A DNA stretch of 64,000 nucleotides, from assembly GCF_963676685.1 (NCBI RefSeq), contig NC_092344.1, positions 25,296,001-25,360,000 of the forward strand, written 5' to 3'. Numbering within the stretch: the first letter of the stretch is position 1; each line of letters starts with the position of its first letter. Source of the DNA: Mytilus edulis. Its lineage: Eukaryota. The notes below the pieces were generated by a model. That model had not been told where the DNA came from. It searched no databases and saw only the letters and a list, made by a program, of their open reading frames with translations. The position numbers were made by a program, and so were the translations under genes. Positions 1 through 14,555 of the stretch are shown here, piece after piece.

Positions 1-1020
1 TGCGGCTGTTATCTGATCTTTGGTCTGGTTGTTGTCACTTGAAACATCCCCCATTTCCATTCTCAATTTTATGTTCGTTAATTGTTATGCTGTTTTTAGC
101 CTTCCAAAATTCTAGTCCTTAATCTGTATTGTACTCTCAGAAATTGTGAGCTTAAAGATACTTATAAAAAAGAAAATGCGGTATGATTGTCAATGAGACA
201 ACTCTCCACAAGAGACAAAAATTACTACATGTGATGTACATCATTCCTTTTCAACTCATCATTTTCTGTATCCGTATCCAATATTTTCTTCCTGGTCGCA
301 TACCATCCCGAAACTTACCCATTGTATACAAAATTCGTCTAATCTTGTCTTAAAAATTCATGAAATATTTGCTACTGCACATTTAAACAACAACAATCAA
401 GCAATATGATTGAGATCTCTCTGCATCCCAAAACATGAAAGGTTTTTTTTCGTACTTATTGTGGTATAATTATAATTATTTTGAAAATAATAACAATTTA
501 GAAACCAGCCACTCATTAATTAAGATTTAAAGAGGAAAAAACCATCACATAGCTGCAATTTTATCTGATCTATTGATTAACTGTATTGTTGTTATATTTG
601 TCAATAATCATTTGCCGAACTGAATCTATGTAATATTTGCCATTGATTGATTTAAAACTTGAATCGAACCAATATCGATACAACATTTGTCACTGATCAA
701 TGAATGAACCGTACCCAATGACCATGTAGGTAACAGTTAAACAGATATTTGATATATTTTGTTATAAATCAGTTGTTAAGGTAAAATTAAAGGAGGTAAA
801 TAATAAAGTTAGTGTGTACTGTATATTTGTTTATTTGTTTATTCATACATGGTATCACTGCAAATTTGCTTGCACGAACAACGGTATTGCAGGTTATGTT
901 ACAATGTATCTGCACAATTTGAATCATACTGGTTAATGTGTGTAATGGAATTATAATGTAGCAAAGCTTAATCAAGCGAAATGCTGTAGTTTATAACTGA
1001 CATGTCACATAGTGTTCGTT

Positions 1021-1808
1021 TTAGTAAATACTTTCGATTGCTGTCCTGGAATATGTACGCATGTTTTTTTTTCCAGTTTCTCGTAAAATGTATTTTAGTT
1101 TTCCAGATCTACCTTTATTCAAATTTGGAGTTGCGTCTGGTGTGGTTACTCGTGGATCTGGTTTAGGGCTTCGCATGATTTTGCCCGAATGCATTAGAGT
1201 TTCCATTCTATGGCCTTGATCTAATAAGTAATTCGGATCACTTTCATTTTTAACTCTAGGAACTGGTCTGGTTGACAGAGGAATTTGTCCGTGATCATGG
1301 AATAGTCTTAATATTCTCTTTCCCTTTGCAAGCTCTGTGTTTTGACTACCTTCTGGTTTATCTCTTGGGATTGCAGGTTCTGGAATATTCCCGCTCATGT
1401 AAAGTCCTGAATGAACGATCGGTTTCATACGTTTGCCGGTGTGAATCGATGCTGTTTGTTCAACTTACGGTTGGAACAGGTCGTGATGATAAAGGGCCTT
1501 GAGCATAACCATGGATCAAGCGATTAGTTCTACCGCCCTTATGAACTTCTGCGGTTTGTTCCGCTTCTGGCTTAATTCTAGCTATGACTGGCGACGGAGC
1601 TGATCGGCCAAATTCGTGTACGATTTCCTCTGCTAATTGGAGCAATTGGTTCTCCTTCAGATTTAATCCTACAAGGAGCTGAATCTGGTCTTGGTGTTGC
1701 TTCTCCATTTATTAAGGTTTTAATCGAACCAATATGTGCCGTGTTTATAATTCTCAAATGATTCGGCAGTCGGGCATCTTGGAACAGGTCGTGGCGATTC
1801 AAATGCAT
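1021..1808 (-). pseudogene. Frameshifted intronless copy of a host repeat protein (~35-40 aa P-x-P-R-V/I-K-x-E ... G-x-M/L-x-x-L repeats)
   Basis: Three consecutive minus-strand ORFs in different frames (1578-1808, 1460-1708, 1021-1428) share one repeat: PSPVIARIKPEAE, LSSRPVPTV, PAIPRDKPEG, LSTRPVPRVKNE, PKPDPRV. Confidence 0.55.
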
Positions 1809-4800
1809 TTAATAACATACCAGTTTTAACATCTATCTGTATCTTGCATTTAAATACCATTTATTCATACACTCATAAAATAAAGGCACATACAAAGGTG
1901 TACCTGCAAAACCGAAAGGAATTGATAAAAGTCAGGAGTTGTGCTCTGAGCTTTTATTAAAAGAGATGATTTCTATACTGTTTGAAGTATTTTTATATTA
2001 TCAATCTATAGCTATTTATAAATAGATTTTCATTACTTCTATTTACACTTGTCAGATTTTAAAAGTAAATGAAATATACCTGTTATTTGTAATAACTTTC
2101 CATACCATCAAACATATTACTGTTGCAGTAAGTTATCTTACACCATAATGTACAGAACTAAATCAATTTTGTTTTGTGTCATACATTTAGTTTTACTCAC
2201 CAATTCACAGTTAAAATCTATTTTCATGCAAATCAATTGGTTTTGTGTGAAATAAAAATCATTATATGATTATGTACAATTACTTTATCAAGTGTGAAAC
2301 ATTAATAAATGGGTATGCAAGCGTGACGATAAAGCATTGCATTGTCACAAAACTCTTATACACATAGTATTTTGACTGTGTATAAGCACAAGACAAGTGT
2401 CCTGATGTACACATATACCTTTATCATGTAAGTAACTTGTATATGGAAAAAAAACCAGCTTTATAAACTATTAGCAATAGAATGATGATACTTTTTAGTA
2501 GCTAAAATTCTCATACATTGTATGAAATTTACATTGTCTAGATGATGTACCGATAGACTCCCAGCAAACACAAAAACATCCTTAAAATGTTATTAAATGT
2601 TGTGTCTATTGTCATGAAAATATCACGAAAAAATGTGAGAAAAGCATGAATTATATGGCTGAATATATATCGTTAAAACGTTTTTTAAATGTACATGTAC
2701 ACTGATTTGACTAGAAAAAAAATTCCATATTCACATGGTGCTTAAATGAGTGTTATATTGTAACTTTTTTGTGTGCCTGAGAACAAGGTATTGAGTCATG
2801 CGTATTGCAATAGTTATATTAGGTTTAAGTCTGTCATATTTGTTTTTCATACTGTGTATTTAATGTAGACGGTTAGTTGTTATGTTTCAATTGTGTTGAG
2901 AAAACATTGACATTTGTTTGTCAACATGGTCAAGGCTTTTTAAAGGCTAATTTAAAGTGGACTTAATGTTCTGGGTTTTCTCAGTGTTGAAAGCCGTACA
3001 CGGGACAGTGACCTATAATTTCCTGTATCCAAGTCATTTGAATTCTGATGAATAGCTGTCTAACACACCTTATCGCTATTTCAGTGTTTTGAAATCTATC
3101 CTGCTTGGACTCTTTTATGTCAGCATACTTCAGACAACATGTACAATAATACACCTTATCACTATTCCCGCTCGACCTGAGAATCTGTCCTGCTTGAAGT
3201 TTTGATGTCGAACAACTCTCACTTTTCCATTTTGGCGTCAGATATTCTTTTATTATGACATCAAAGTTTTACAGGATCTTGTGACAGTTGTGTGATGTCC
3301 AATAGTGGGGGACAAATAGCAATAATGTGTGTCAAATATTTTCTATTATGACGTCAACATTTGACGGGAACTTTTGTGATGTCCATGGCCAGTAATGACG
3401 GACGAATAGCGATAAGGTGTGTTGGCAATCAAACCAAATGCACTTGTTTCTATCCATCTGAAGACCCAGTGGGCCACTATCAATGTATAGACTCGTCGAT
3501 ATACTTGATAGTGGATCTTCCCATAGATAGAAACAAGTGCCTGTGAATATACATGGATAGTGGGTCTTCCCATGGATAAAAACAAGTGCCTGTGAATTAC
3601 ACACAAGCCACATATACTTATTTTTATAATTTGAGTACATGAATGCTGGAACATTGGAGGATTTAGGGCATATAGACCCCCTATGGAGCTACATATCAGA
3701 TACATGCATAGACTATTTACAAGTATCACCTCTAAGGATCAAACGATTGCTTGCCTTGGGCAGGCCCTACTTTTTAAAAAACTTTGAAACGCACCTCTTG
3801 AAACAGATGTATTGGTTCCGATTATGATAGAACACACAAAACGGATGCACAAGTTTTATCTTAAAAGATTAATCATTCTTACCAAGTGAGCATATATCGC
3901 GTAACAAACGATTTTCTTTGCTCTTTTTGTTGATATTAAAAAAAAAATTAAAATTTAATATCTTTTCCGGTTATAAAACAAAAGTCGATTCCGGAAAAGA
4001 TCGGTTTTCCGTAATGCATATAAACGATACGAAAACGGAATTACTACAATTACCAGTGTTCATGTCTTTTAATTTCTACAAACGAAATGAAAAAAAGAAA
4101 TCATTAAAGAAAGATAATTGTTTATAAATACATTATTGCTTAATTTAATGTTGAATCTTTTAAATTTTGATATAAGAAGGAATAAAATCATACTCCTTCC
4201 AGATATCATTCAAGGATTACAATGGTATAGTACATGTATCTTGCTTGTCATGATATTAATAACATGTAGTACTATATATTATAACCTGAAATTCCACAAA
4301 ACGAAGTGTGTGGGGTTTTGAATAAAGTTTAGATAAAATGTTATTCTTATATCCGTAAAATATTGAATAAAATATCAATAAGGCTATTAAAAATGTGCAT
4401 GTCAAAATATTTTATAGAAAACATTCAGCTGATGTTTTTCAAGTGTTTTATGTAAAACATTTTAATTTTACTTTATAAAACATTTGTATTTGTATGATGT
4501 AAGTACATTATATATACAGGGCTATTCTTTAAAGTTGGAATATAATACTGGATATAGGAAATACATGTACAAATGTACCATTTATGCTAACCATAAAACA
4601 ATGGCTAAATACACATCTAAATACTTTATAAAAGCATAGCTTTTTTGGGTAAGTGTTGAATTTTATATCATGCCTGTACAAATATTGCATTTGTTAATAT
4701 CACAAGTTATTGCATATTACTGTATGAGAATGTTGACTTGTTCTAAAAAGACCTGATAGCTTGCCATGTAATAGTATTAGATCTAGTGTATATACACCTA

Positions 4801-6463
4801 GATGACTACTTAATGTTAAAGTCACACAGACTGAATATTTTATGTACAATGAATTCCTTTCAATAAACACTTGGTAATGTATGTGATGATTTGGTCATCT
4901 TAACAGAGGGGATTAATATTTATAAAACCTTGTTGTCTCAGATTGCTAAGAAGTGTAAATTTCTTTTCTCACCACCTTCATTTAATTATTAATTATTGTA
5001 ATTTTGCATTAAAATGCCAAAAAAAAAAAATAACAGTCTGCAGCAAAAAAGCATTGATAATAATATTACAATAACTGATGTAGCTTACTGTTGGTGACTG
5101 ATATAAATGCATAGTTCTTCGAATAATATCTTTAATGGAGATTTTCATGCAGATTTAATCATTATTCAAATATTCTTGATACATCAAACATTTTATGTAC
5201 CAGTCAACATATCACTACAGTGCTAATTCCTATGGCTTTTAAAATGTCTTTAAATAGTTTTAGGATGTAGAACTCATACTTTTCCTCAAATAGAATAGCA
5301 TGTTCAAATGTTTTGTCATGAATGTATATGATGTTCAATGATAGAAAGCGTTCTGATAAGTTAATATATATTTTTGTAAATTATTTTGTAAAATATGTAT
5401 TGAATAACATGAATCAAAGGGAACCACTTACAATGAGATAATTAGTATGAAGTTGTCCATGTGTAAGCATTCAGATATCTCATGTCATTGGAGGTCCTAA
5501 AGGCCATATAGACTTGCTTATGGGTCAATCTAATATTTTGAAAGTTATATACATAGGGTTACATATAACAAAAAAAGTGTCATTTAAATTTTTATCTTTC
5601 TTCAATGGAGAAAACAGTGTTTTAGTCGTTTTTCTTCTTTTGGTTTTGCGGGGTCTCTGTGACCAAGTGATACAAGTAGTTAATCTAGTGAGTTCAATCC
5701 TAGTTTGTGGCAGGCGAGGTTAACTCTGACTTTTATTGACTAGGATTTCCAGTTGAAGGTCACTGGTTCTCACTGGGATTTCTCCACAAATAACATCTGG
5801 CTACCATGATATAGCCAAGAGTGTGAAAATGGTGTTAAACATTTTCAATCAATCAGTCATCTTCCACTTGTACATCATTGATTTGCATACAATAATGGAA
5901 TATGAAAGATGACTCCTGGCATTGTTGACCTTTGACCTTCAAGATGAAATAATAGATTTTTATTTATCCACCCCAATGCTATATAGATATAAGAAGATGT
6001 GGTATGAGTGTAAATGAGACAACTCTCTATGTATTCTTGCTTACCATAACTAACTTTTCAATGCCACTAATTGTTTATTCCAGCTAGGCATTTCCCAACC
6101 AGTTATACAATAAATTGTTAAAAATCTCAAAAATTATACACATCAATTCAAGTTTTAAGCTTGATCAAATCATTTCAGCTATAAATTGTACATGTTATAT
6201 GAATATTATGTTCAGACCATAACATCATGTGTTTTATTGATTATTTTTATATTCTGCAAACTGCAAGAAACTTAGTAAGAAGTTGTAAGGAGAGTTCTAG
6301 ATATAATTGTTAACTAGGAGTAGTTTATGAGGAAACGAAATGTGAATTACAGTGTGGCACTACATTCAAGTGTTTTGAGTGTTAAAATTAGTCATCTCTC
6401 TTAAATATAGCTTCAGATGTTTTGATGTCTTATACTTATGTCTAGTTATATTTTATTTTCAGA

Positions 6464-7468
6464 ATGTCATACTTGAGAAAAATCATGCAGTCCAAAATAC
6501 AGAAACGACATATTTTGATAGCTATATTGATCTTGGTTGTACTGATCATAATATTACAATTTGGTGGTCCGCACTATTGTAGATACATTGACATAAAGAA
6601 GAAGATAGAATACATCTGCATTGAGGATCCAGATACCCAAAATAAAACAGGACTAGAAGATGTAAAACCTTTACCTCTAGTTTATCAAAACAACTACTTT
6701 GTAGATAAAAATTCAGGTGGAAAAGTACATGCCAAAAAACTTTACAGACCATCAACAAGAAATGATTTAAACTTCAGTCGAGCTGAAAAGAGTCGCATAC
6801 ATTCATGCATTAAAAATTTCAAAAGTGATTGGAAGAAGGGCCAAAGTGATTTTTGGGATGGAGATGAACAGTATATACGACAAACTCATCATAAATATCT
6901 CATTCCTGGGGACAATGTTATGATTGAAGTAGGGGGAAATGTTGGCGAGGATGCTCAATATTACTTAGACACTTACAAGCCAAAGCATTATATCATGTTA
7001 GAACCTTTAAAACTGTTATATAGAAAACTTCAACAACGATTTAAAAATTACACAAATGCTATCACATATAATGTTGGACTTGGTAAAAGAAATGAAAAAT
7101 TTATGATCAAAATGGAAGGAAAGGTAGGGGATGCTTCTTCGCCATTCTTTGGTTCTGGAGAAGGAACCTGTTCTCTGAAGGTTATAAATGCTATTGATTT
7201 TTTCAGTGCACTTGGTGTTGGTAACTTCAAGGTCGATCTGATTACCATAAACTGTGAGGGTTGTGAATATGATTTGTTGGAGACAATTTTATCAACAGAC
7301 CTTGTGTATCACTTTAAACATATTCAATGTGGTACTCATCCAATGCTGAAAAATCTTGCCGATCCTGTCAGAAGATATTGCCAAATACAAGAAAGGTTGA
7401 GTAGGACCCACCAGTTGACTTATCAATATAAGTTTACATGGGAGACCTGGAAATTAAAAGATATTTAG
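6464..7468 (+). CDS. FkbM-family (Methyltransf_21) SAM-dependent methyltransferase, type II membrane-anchored
   Basis: 334-aa ORF; N-terminal hydrophobic anchor HILIAILILVVLIIILQF; motifs MIEVGGNVGED, LEP, NVGLG, VDLITINCEGCEYDLLE; splice acceptor ttttattttcag immediately before the ATG (5'UTR intron). Confidence 0.85.
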   Translation: MSYLRKIMQSKIQKRHILIAILILVVLIIILQFGGPHYCRYIDIKKKIEYICIEDPDTQNKTGLEDVKPLPLVYQNNYFVDKNSGGKVHAKKLYRPSTRNDLNFSRAEKSRIHSCIKNFKSDWKKGQSDFWDGDEQYIRQTHHKYLIPGDNVMIEVGGNVGEDAQYYLDTYKPKHYIMLEPLKLLYRKLQQRFKNYTNAITYNVGLGKRNEKFMIKMEGKVGDASSPFFGSGEGTCSLKVINAIDFFSALGVGNFKVDLITINCEGCEYDLLETILSTDLVYHFKHIQCGTHPMLKNLADPVRRYCQIQERLSRTHQLTYQYKFTWETWKLKDI

Positions 7469-8309
7469 TCCATGTACATTCCATTGTTATAGGTTTGTAA
7501 AGAATAGAAGATAAACTTAACATAAGTAATACATCTTTAAACTGAAGAAAAGAATGTAGGGTTTCACAATGAATATCAAAAATCATGTATAGGTGTTACC
7601 GTTTTGAAAAAAAAACACAAAATTCACGCTGAAAATGGGCAAAGTTTCACGCTATCTTGTTTCATTGAATATTACGCTGTTTTTATCAATTGAAAGTAAA
7701 TAAGTGAACTTAATTTGAACTACATTATTGGTTCACTGTTATAGAAAATTCGTTCATCTTTCTTGTACTGGTTGTTGCAACAAAAAATTTTCAATGGTTA
7801 CAAAGTTATGATAAAAAGTGGAATACAATGCGTTTGTTATAACATTTTGTAATTTTGTTTTTAGCTTGCTCAGTGTAGGGATAACAGAGAAAAATAAATC
7901 AAATGTATTATGTGTTTTGTTTTCTCTTCTAGTATATACATTATCAAAAACTACCTCATATATCAATATTGCAGTACCCTAACTGGAGATATATGCCATC
8001 AACGTTGGTTACACAAATAAAGTGAAAAAATGTCTTGTCCGTAGACATGCATTCCCTAGTAAACTGGAAGTGTAATAACATTAATGTTGCATTGCTAAGT
8101 TCCTGTTATTTTGTAGGTATGAAAACACTACTATCATTGTTTTCTACCATCTATTAATAGAGGGAAAATTTGAAAAATATGTCAGAATGTCTTTAACAAT
8201 CATCTTTGAAAACATTTTAATATTTTCTTAAATTTAAAAAAACACAGCTTAAAATTTAATTGGTAACTTTTAATCTTAACTTGAACAACCATCTTTGAAA
8301 GCATTTAAT

Positions 8310-10380
8310 TAAAACAGTTTAGGGACATTTCATCAACATGAGAACAAAAAGCTCTAATATAACTAAAACATATTTATATAAAGTCACCTTAACAGTTATC
8401 ATTACTTGAAAATAAATATTAACGTTGTTGTCAAATCTATAAAACATATTGTTGAAAAACTACATGTATATAGGGAAAAAAATTAGATTCACAAACTTAT
8501 AATTTTTTGAAGAATGATAACGATTCAAAACATAGACACATGTGCCATCTTCCGAAAATTCATAAAATCAATCTATAAATAATTATTGAGGCATTTCGAA
8601 CTGGTCAAATAGGTAGCAACATACTCATTTCTTACTGACCAATCATCCATAAGTGTAACTCTACCACGAGACGCATTGAAAGATTACTGGATCTAATTAT
8701 AAAACCATTATTGAAGAGTCATCACTTTTACAATCAAGATACGAAAGACTTTATTAATAAAATAAAGTTGCACAAGGTACATTAAGAATGCAATCTCATT
8801 GTCTATTATGTAACAGTTATCAATAAAATTGAGAATGGAAATGGGGAATGTGTCAAAGAGACAACAACCCGACCAAATAAAAAAAACAACAGCAGAAGGT
8901 CACCAACAGGTCTTCAATGTAGCGAGAAATTCCCGCACCCGGAGGCGTCCTTCAATGCATTTTCATCAGTTGACAAACAAGAATATACTACTAAAAAATT
9001 TCAAACAAACAGAATAAACGTCATTTGTAAAGTTAAGAAACATTGGATAGAAAACATCAAATTGCACTGCCAATACAAAGACGACAATGTTATGTTCTTC
9101 ACACAGCGAACAACATTGACCCTCTGCTTAAATTACATTTGAGGTGTCTAGATTTAGTATGACCTATTTATTTACCGAAGTATACAAAGGTGAAAGATTC
9201 AATAATAATAACATACTTGATGTTCAATCAAATAAAAAAAAACACGAATCGTATCAATATTTGAATGTTAAATGTTTATTTAATTCAGCGATGTGACTAT
9301 TATTTCTAATATGACATATATATTAACACACTGTAATACTTTTTAATGTGTGTTGATGATGGGCACTAGTGATTGGTAAATATTGATACGTTTTGTGTTG
9401 TTATATATTTGATTTAACAAAAAGAAAGTTATTATTATGGAATCTTTCACCATAGTACACTTCGGTAAATTCTAAATATGTTATACTAAATCTAGACACC
9501 TCAAATGTGATTTTAGTCCATGTTGTTCGCTGTGTTAAAGAAATCTTCATAGATAAAGGAAGATGTGGTGTGAGTGCCAATTAGACAATTATCCATCCAA
9601 ATAACAATTTAAAAAGTAAACCATTATAGGTTAAAGTGCGGCCTTCAACACGGAGCCTTGGCTCACACCGAACAACAATCTGTTTTAATGTGCCTGAGAA
9701 GAACATATAATTGTCGTCTTGGTATTGACAGTACAATTTGATGTTTTCTATCCATTTGAACTTATCTAAGATATTTTTAATAGGACAGACAGATGTAAAT
9801 CTGCATGTCGGAAAAAATATACCATAAAAAGGCGCTCCAATAATTTGTTTGTTAATCTGTCAATTTAATTCAAGTTCATTGTTTCTTAACTTTACAAATG
9901 CCGTTTATTCTGTTTGTTTGAAATTTTTAAAGCATATTCTTGTTTGTCAACTGATTAAAATGCATTGATAAATGTTTCTTCTTAATTATCAATCTTCATA
10001 TTTGTGTACATTGACGTTACATCATAGGTAAAAATAAATGCATTCTTTCTTGACCGTGTGCGACTCTATTTTATAAATGAAGTCTTTCGTATCTTGATTG
10101 TAAAAGTGATGACTCTTCAATAATGGTTTAAGAATTAGATCCAGTAATCTTTCAGTGCGTCTCGTGGTCGAGTTACACTTATGGTTGATTGGTCAGTAAG
10201 AAATGTTTATGTTACTACCTATTTGTCCATGTTTTGATTCGTTATCATTCTTCAAAATGGATGTAATCGATTTTATTTAAAACCACTGTTGTGTTATTTT
10301 GATCGGCTGTATATAAATATGTTTTAGTTATTTTAGAGCTTTTCCATCTCATGTTGATGAAATGTCCCTAAACTGTTTAA
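8310..10380. mobile_element. Inverted pair of decayed Penelope-like retroelement RT fragments (~8310-9170 plus; ~9470-10380 minus)
   Basis: Arms are reverse complements (e.g. 8630-8752 vs 10080-10205). The minus arm reads PINHKCNSTTRRTERLLDLILKPLL..QDTKDFIYKIE..FTYDVTSMYTN across frameshifts, matching Penelope RT RPIIS..SPTE..LD..LKP..IKDT.DF..DVTSLYTN. Confidence 0.7.
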
Positions 10381-10959
10381 CCTCAAGTTTTAATGTATCT
10401 TTTTTTGTGTCAATTAACTAATTTTCTAGGGCAACATAGTAAAACTTTATCATATCAGGCGTACAAAAGGCTTACAAAAAGCTCAAACAAGCTATAAACT
10501 CTTCTATTTGATTGACATTAATGGGAGTGTAATGGTGTATTAACGATATTAGTTTCTTTAACATGCTCGGAGCATCCTCCAAGCATGCCTGGAGGAAGCT
10601 CACTATAATAAATATATGTTCCCTAAAATGTCTTGTCCGTAGACATTATCACACTGATTTTGTTTCCATTTTCCTCGAAGTTCAGCATCATTTGATAGAT
10701 AAACCTGATAAGATGTATGTTTTTTTTTTCAAGAGAACACTTCAACTATGTCAAAATTAGGTTTTAATAATGCATTTCATTAAATATGAATACAATGTCT
10801 TGTCCGTAGACAAAACATATAAATTTTTGGTATTCTAAACAATGCAAATAAAATTTAAGTATAATTTCTCTGACATTCTTTTAATTTTATAAAAAAAAAA
10901 ACACCTATTCTAAACTATATCAAGAACAAAAAAAATATTGGTTGTCAATAATTTCCATT

Positions 10960-11745
10960 CAAATGAAGAAATGATTGCATTCTGGTTCAACAAGATCAAA
11001 AGTAAACACATACTTATCCTTCAAATATTCACATTTTATACAAAATTAGTCATAAAAGCATTTATTACAACTGATTGCAATTGACGTACACAAATTTAGT
11101 ATCTTTTTCCTTAAAGTAAACATATTTTATGTGAAACAACCAATCCTGATGAACAAAAAGTACTGAAAGCATGTGGCAGTTAATAATTTGTACCAAAATA
11201 AAGCAAGAAATGCATTCTTATTCCACAAAAATAAAAGTTTTAGTATTTTAATTCTTATTATATCTCAATTCTAATTAGAAGACTTGCCTAAAGAAGGAAA
11301 AAATAACTGATTTCAAATAAAATAGTATCATTTTTAATAAAATCAAGAATTGTTTTAAAATTGGTAATTTTAAACAATGCGAACCAAATTTTAGTATGAT
11401 TTTCTGACATATTTTTTTAATTCTATGACAAAAAACAAAAAAAAAATATGCTAAACAATAAAAAGCTCAAAAATCTAATGGTGGTCAATTATATTCAGAA
11501 AAATGAAGAAATATTTGCATTTTAGGCAACGCGTACGAAAATTTAGTATCTTTTTCCTCAAAGTAAGCATATGTTATGAAGAACAGCCAATCCTGATGTA
11601 CATGTACAAAAAGTACTTAAATCATATGGCGGTTACTAATTTGTATCAAAATAAAGCAATAACTGCATTCTTATACCACAAAAAAAAAGTTTAAGTATTT
11701 TAATTCTCATTATATCTCAATTCTTATTAGAAAAGTTGTCTAAAG
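10960..11745 (+). repeat. Diverged tandem duplication, period ~450 bp
   Basis: aaatttagtatctttttcct..aaagtaa..ccaatcctgatg..tatatctcaattct occurs at ~11090-11280 and ~11540-11730. Confidence 0.6.
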
Positions 11746-12799
11746 ATAAATGATTTAAATAAAGTTGTATAGTTAAACCAACACCTTCTACACATCATAA
11801 ATGTTCTTTTCATGTAAATATAAGTTTCAGATAGCTTAACACATGAGTATGACATGGTTTTAAGTCATGTCAAGCTTACAAAAACAAATTGTCAATTTAG
11901 GCCATTCCCCACATTTCCATATTAAATTGCATATAAATGATATGGGAGACGGAAATATGCTTCTTTTTGCTCAACTATTTGCTGAGATATGATCAAATAT
12001 GAAACCTAAATGTCACAAGACTGTTGCTTTTATCTATATATGTAGTTAGTATGGTCTGATCCAACGTTTATTCACTTGACTGTTTAAAACGTGCATGAAA
12101 TTTCAACCTCTAAAGGTCAATATTTTAACCACCAGCCATCCAACTGAAGGAAATAAAGGTAGGCTGTGAAACAGACAAGGTTAAACAACAAGTAATAAGT
12201 GCTTTTGATATAGATTCAGTGCAATCTGTTTAAAGAAATACAATTCTAAGTGCATATAACTTCCAATTTTACTTGCTTCGTACGGTCTGTTAGACTTAGA
12301 CTATGAAAACAGCACATTTTGCACTCTTTTCATGTTTTTATCTACTTTTCTTTGTGTCCAGAGTTCACAAATTAGTAAAACAACTGAAATAAATACTACA
12401 AACACAAATAGATATCGGAAAAACCTGTCAGAGAAAAAGTAAGGATGCTGCTTTATCAAAAATGTTTTAAAAAAGTGAAAAAAGCTACATTTTTCGACAT
12501 ATTAGCTGAAAAGAAACTTTTTTTACAAAATTTCTATCAAATAAAAGTGGAAATCATTTCTTCTAACATAGTTTGACAAATTAATACCAATAGATCATTC
12601 AGAAAGGTTTTCAAAGTAAAAATTCAAAATTTCCTGAAATGCACCACCACAATTAATTACTCTATCATTTCTTTATAACGTGTTTTCTCATTAGAAAAAT
12701 CACTATTATTTGTCTATTTTTGTGTGTGTGTAATGTACAGTACGTCCAAAAATATATCCAAATTTTAGAAAAATTGCATGTATACATCATAAAAATTTG

Positions 12800-14555
12800 G
12801 TAAAAACACATCCATATAGACAAGTCAAGAGATGTTCCGAAAAGTGTAAATATAACCTTTTTGAACCTGGCTTAATCACTCTTTCCATATCAAAATCAGT
12901 TAAAATTAAAAACAAATTGTTCAGAGAACAATTGAAAGTCTTTCCTCAACAAAGAAATGTTGGAAGTCATTTTGAGTCTTCAGTAATTAGTTTATGTATC
13001 TATATGACAAAATATATGGATTCTGAGTAATTTTATATGAAAAAATTGCAAAAAAGGCTACTTCCGGTTTTCTCAAGGTCACTTCCGGTAGTCATTTTTC
13101 AAGGTCATTTGTCACCTTACCTTTTGTACAAGGTCAAATGCCTTTATAATGAACTTAGTTAAAGTTATAATCAAATAACCTCATATCAAGACATTTCAGG
13201 GGCACCAACTCCTATAAGATGCCATTAAATTGTATTAGACTAAACGTAGCATATCTTTATTACAATAAAGCAGACATTTTGCACTTGTTCTTTTATATGT
13301 ATCTTTCAAAATGTCTGAGAAATGCAAAAACAAGCAAAAGTCACAATTGAGAACTTGACCTTGACCTTTGACCTTGACCTCATTTTGTAAGTTAGGACCT
13401 AGGGGCCTCAAATAAAAACATTCCAGGGTTATACAGTTGACTGTTTATGAGTTAAAAAAACATACCGACAAATTTATTTTGTAAAGGTAGATAACTCCTA
13501 TAAAATGTCATCGAAACGCTTCGATCAAAATTAGTCAAAAATTCCTGAGAATGTAACGAACAATTTGTAAAAGGAATTTTGTCGCTATCTTTTTTTGTTA
13601 CGATGGAGATGCACACAGATGATAAACAGTGAATAGGGAGATAACTCTTACAAAGAAAATGGTTCGCCTTAGCAGGGTGAAATTTAAAAGCGCATAAACT
13701 ATACGATACCATATGAGAAATATCTAAGCGACATATTGCGAAACAAACATTTATCGCAAGAACAAAATTTGGCGGAAAAAAAAAAATAATAATAATAATA
13801 ATTAAAAACCAATTGTTCAGAGAACAATTGAAGGTCTTTCCATCAAAACAATGTATTTTGATATGAAAAGTTGTGAAACTAAGTTTAAAATGTCATTTCA
13901 ATCGTCAAATGATAGCTCCTAGTAAGCTGATTCCAAAAATATATTGTTTCCATACATTTTTTTTAAATAAGGGAGATAATTTGTTACTTCCGGTTTGAAA
14001 AATGTTACTTCCGATTATATTTGAATATTTACTTGACACTGATTCCAAAAATATCTGGTTCTATATACTTTTATATTAATAAAGTACAAAAAAAATAGCT
14101 ATTTCCGGTTTACAAAAGGTCACTTCCGGTTATTTTTTACAAGGTTAAATGGTTTGATACCTTTTTCTAAAAGTTGTATATCTTTATCATGTATACATAT
14201 AGAATAAAAGCAAAGGTCAAAATCTAGAACGTCAAATTAAGCTATGACCTTGAGATTAATTTCAAGGTCATAAACCAAGGACCTCAAATCAAAAGACCAT
14301 AGGTCTTTATTATATTTAGTTAATGAGTTATATCACCAAACGCGTATTTTTAAATACAAGAGGGAAGAAAACTCCATTTTACATTCAACGTACGCTTGCA
14401 ATCAAAATTTACATCTTACGACATGTCGCAACTAACAATTTAGTAAAAATAATTTGTTGATATCTTATACAGTCTTTGGATATAAGTGAAAATAAGCCAA
14501 ATTCAAATATTAGAATATGACCTTGACCTTTGACCTTGACCTAATTTTCATTTTT
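12800..14555 (+). repeat. Complex satellite-like repeat (ccttgacctttgaccttgacc family), also present at 56.1-57 kb and 58.9-61 kb
   Basis: Near-identical blocks such as tagcagggtgaaatttaaaagcgcataaactatacgatacc at 13670, 56748, 59515 and 60635; cut off at ~14555 where Polinton-associated sequence begins. Confidence 0.85.
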
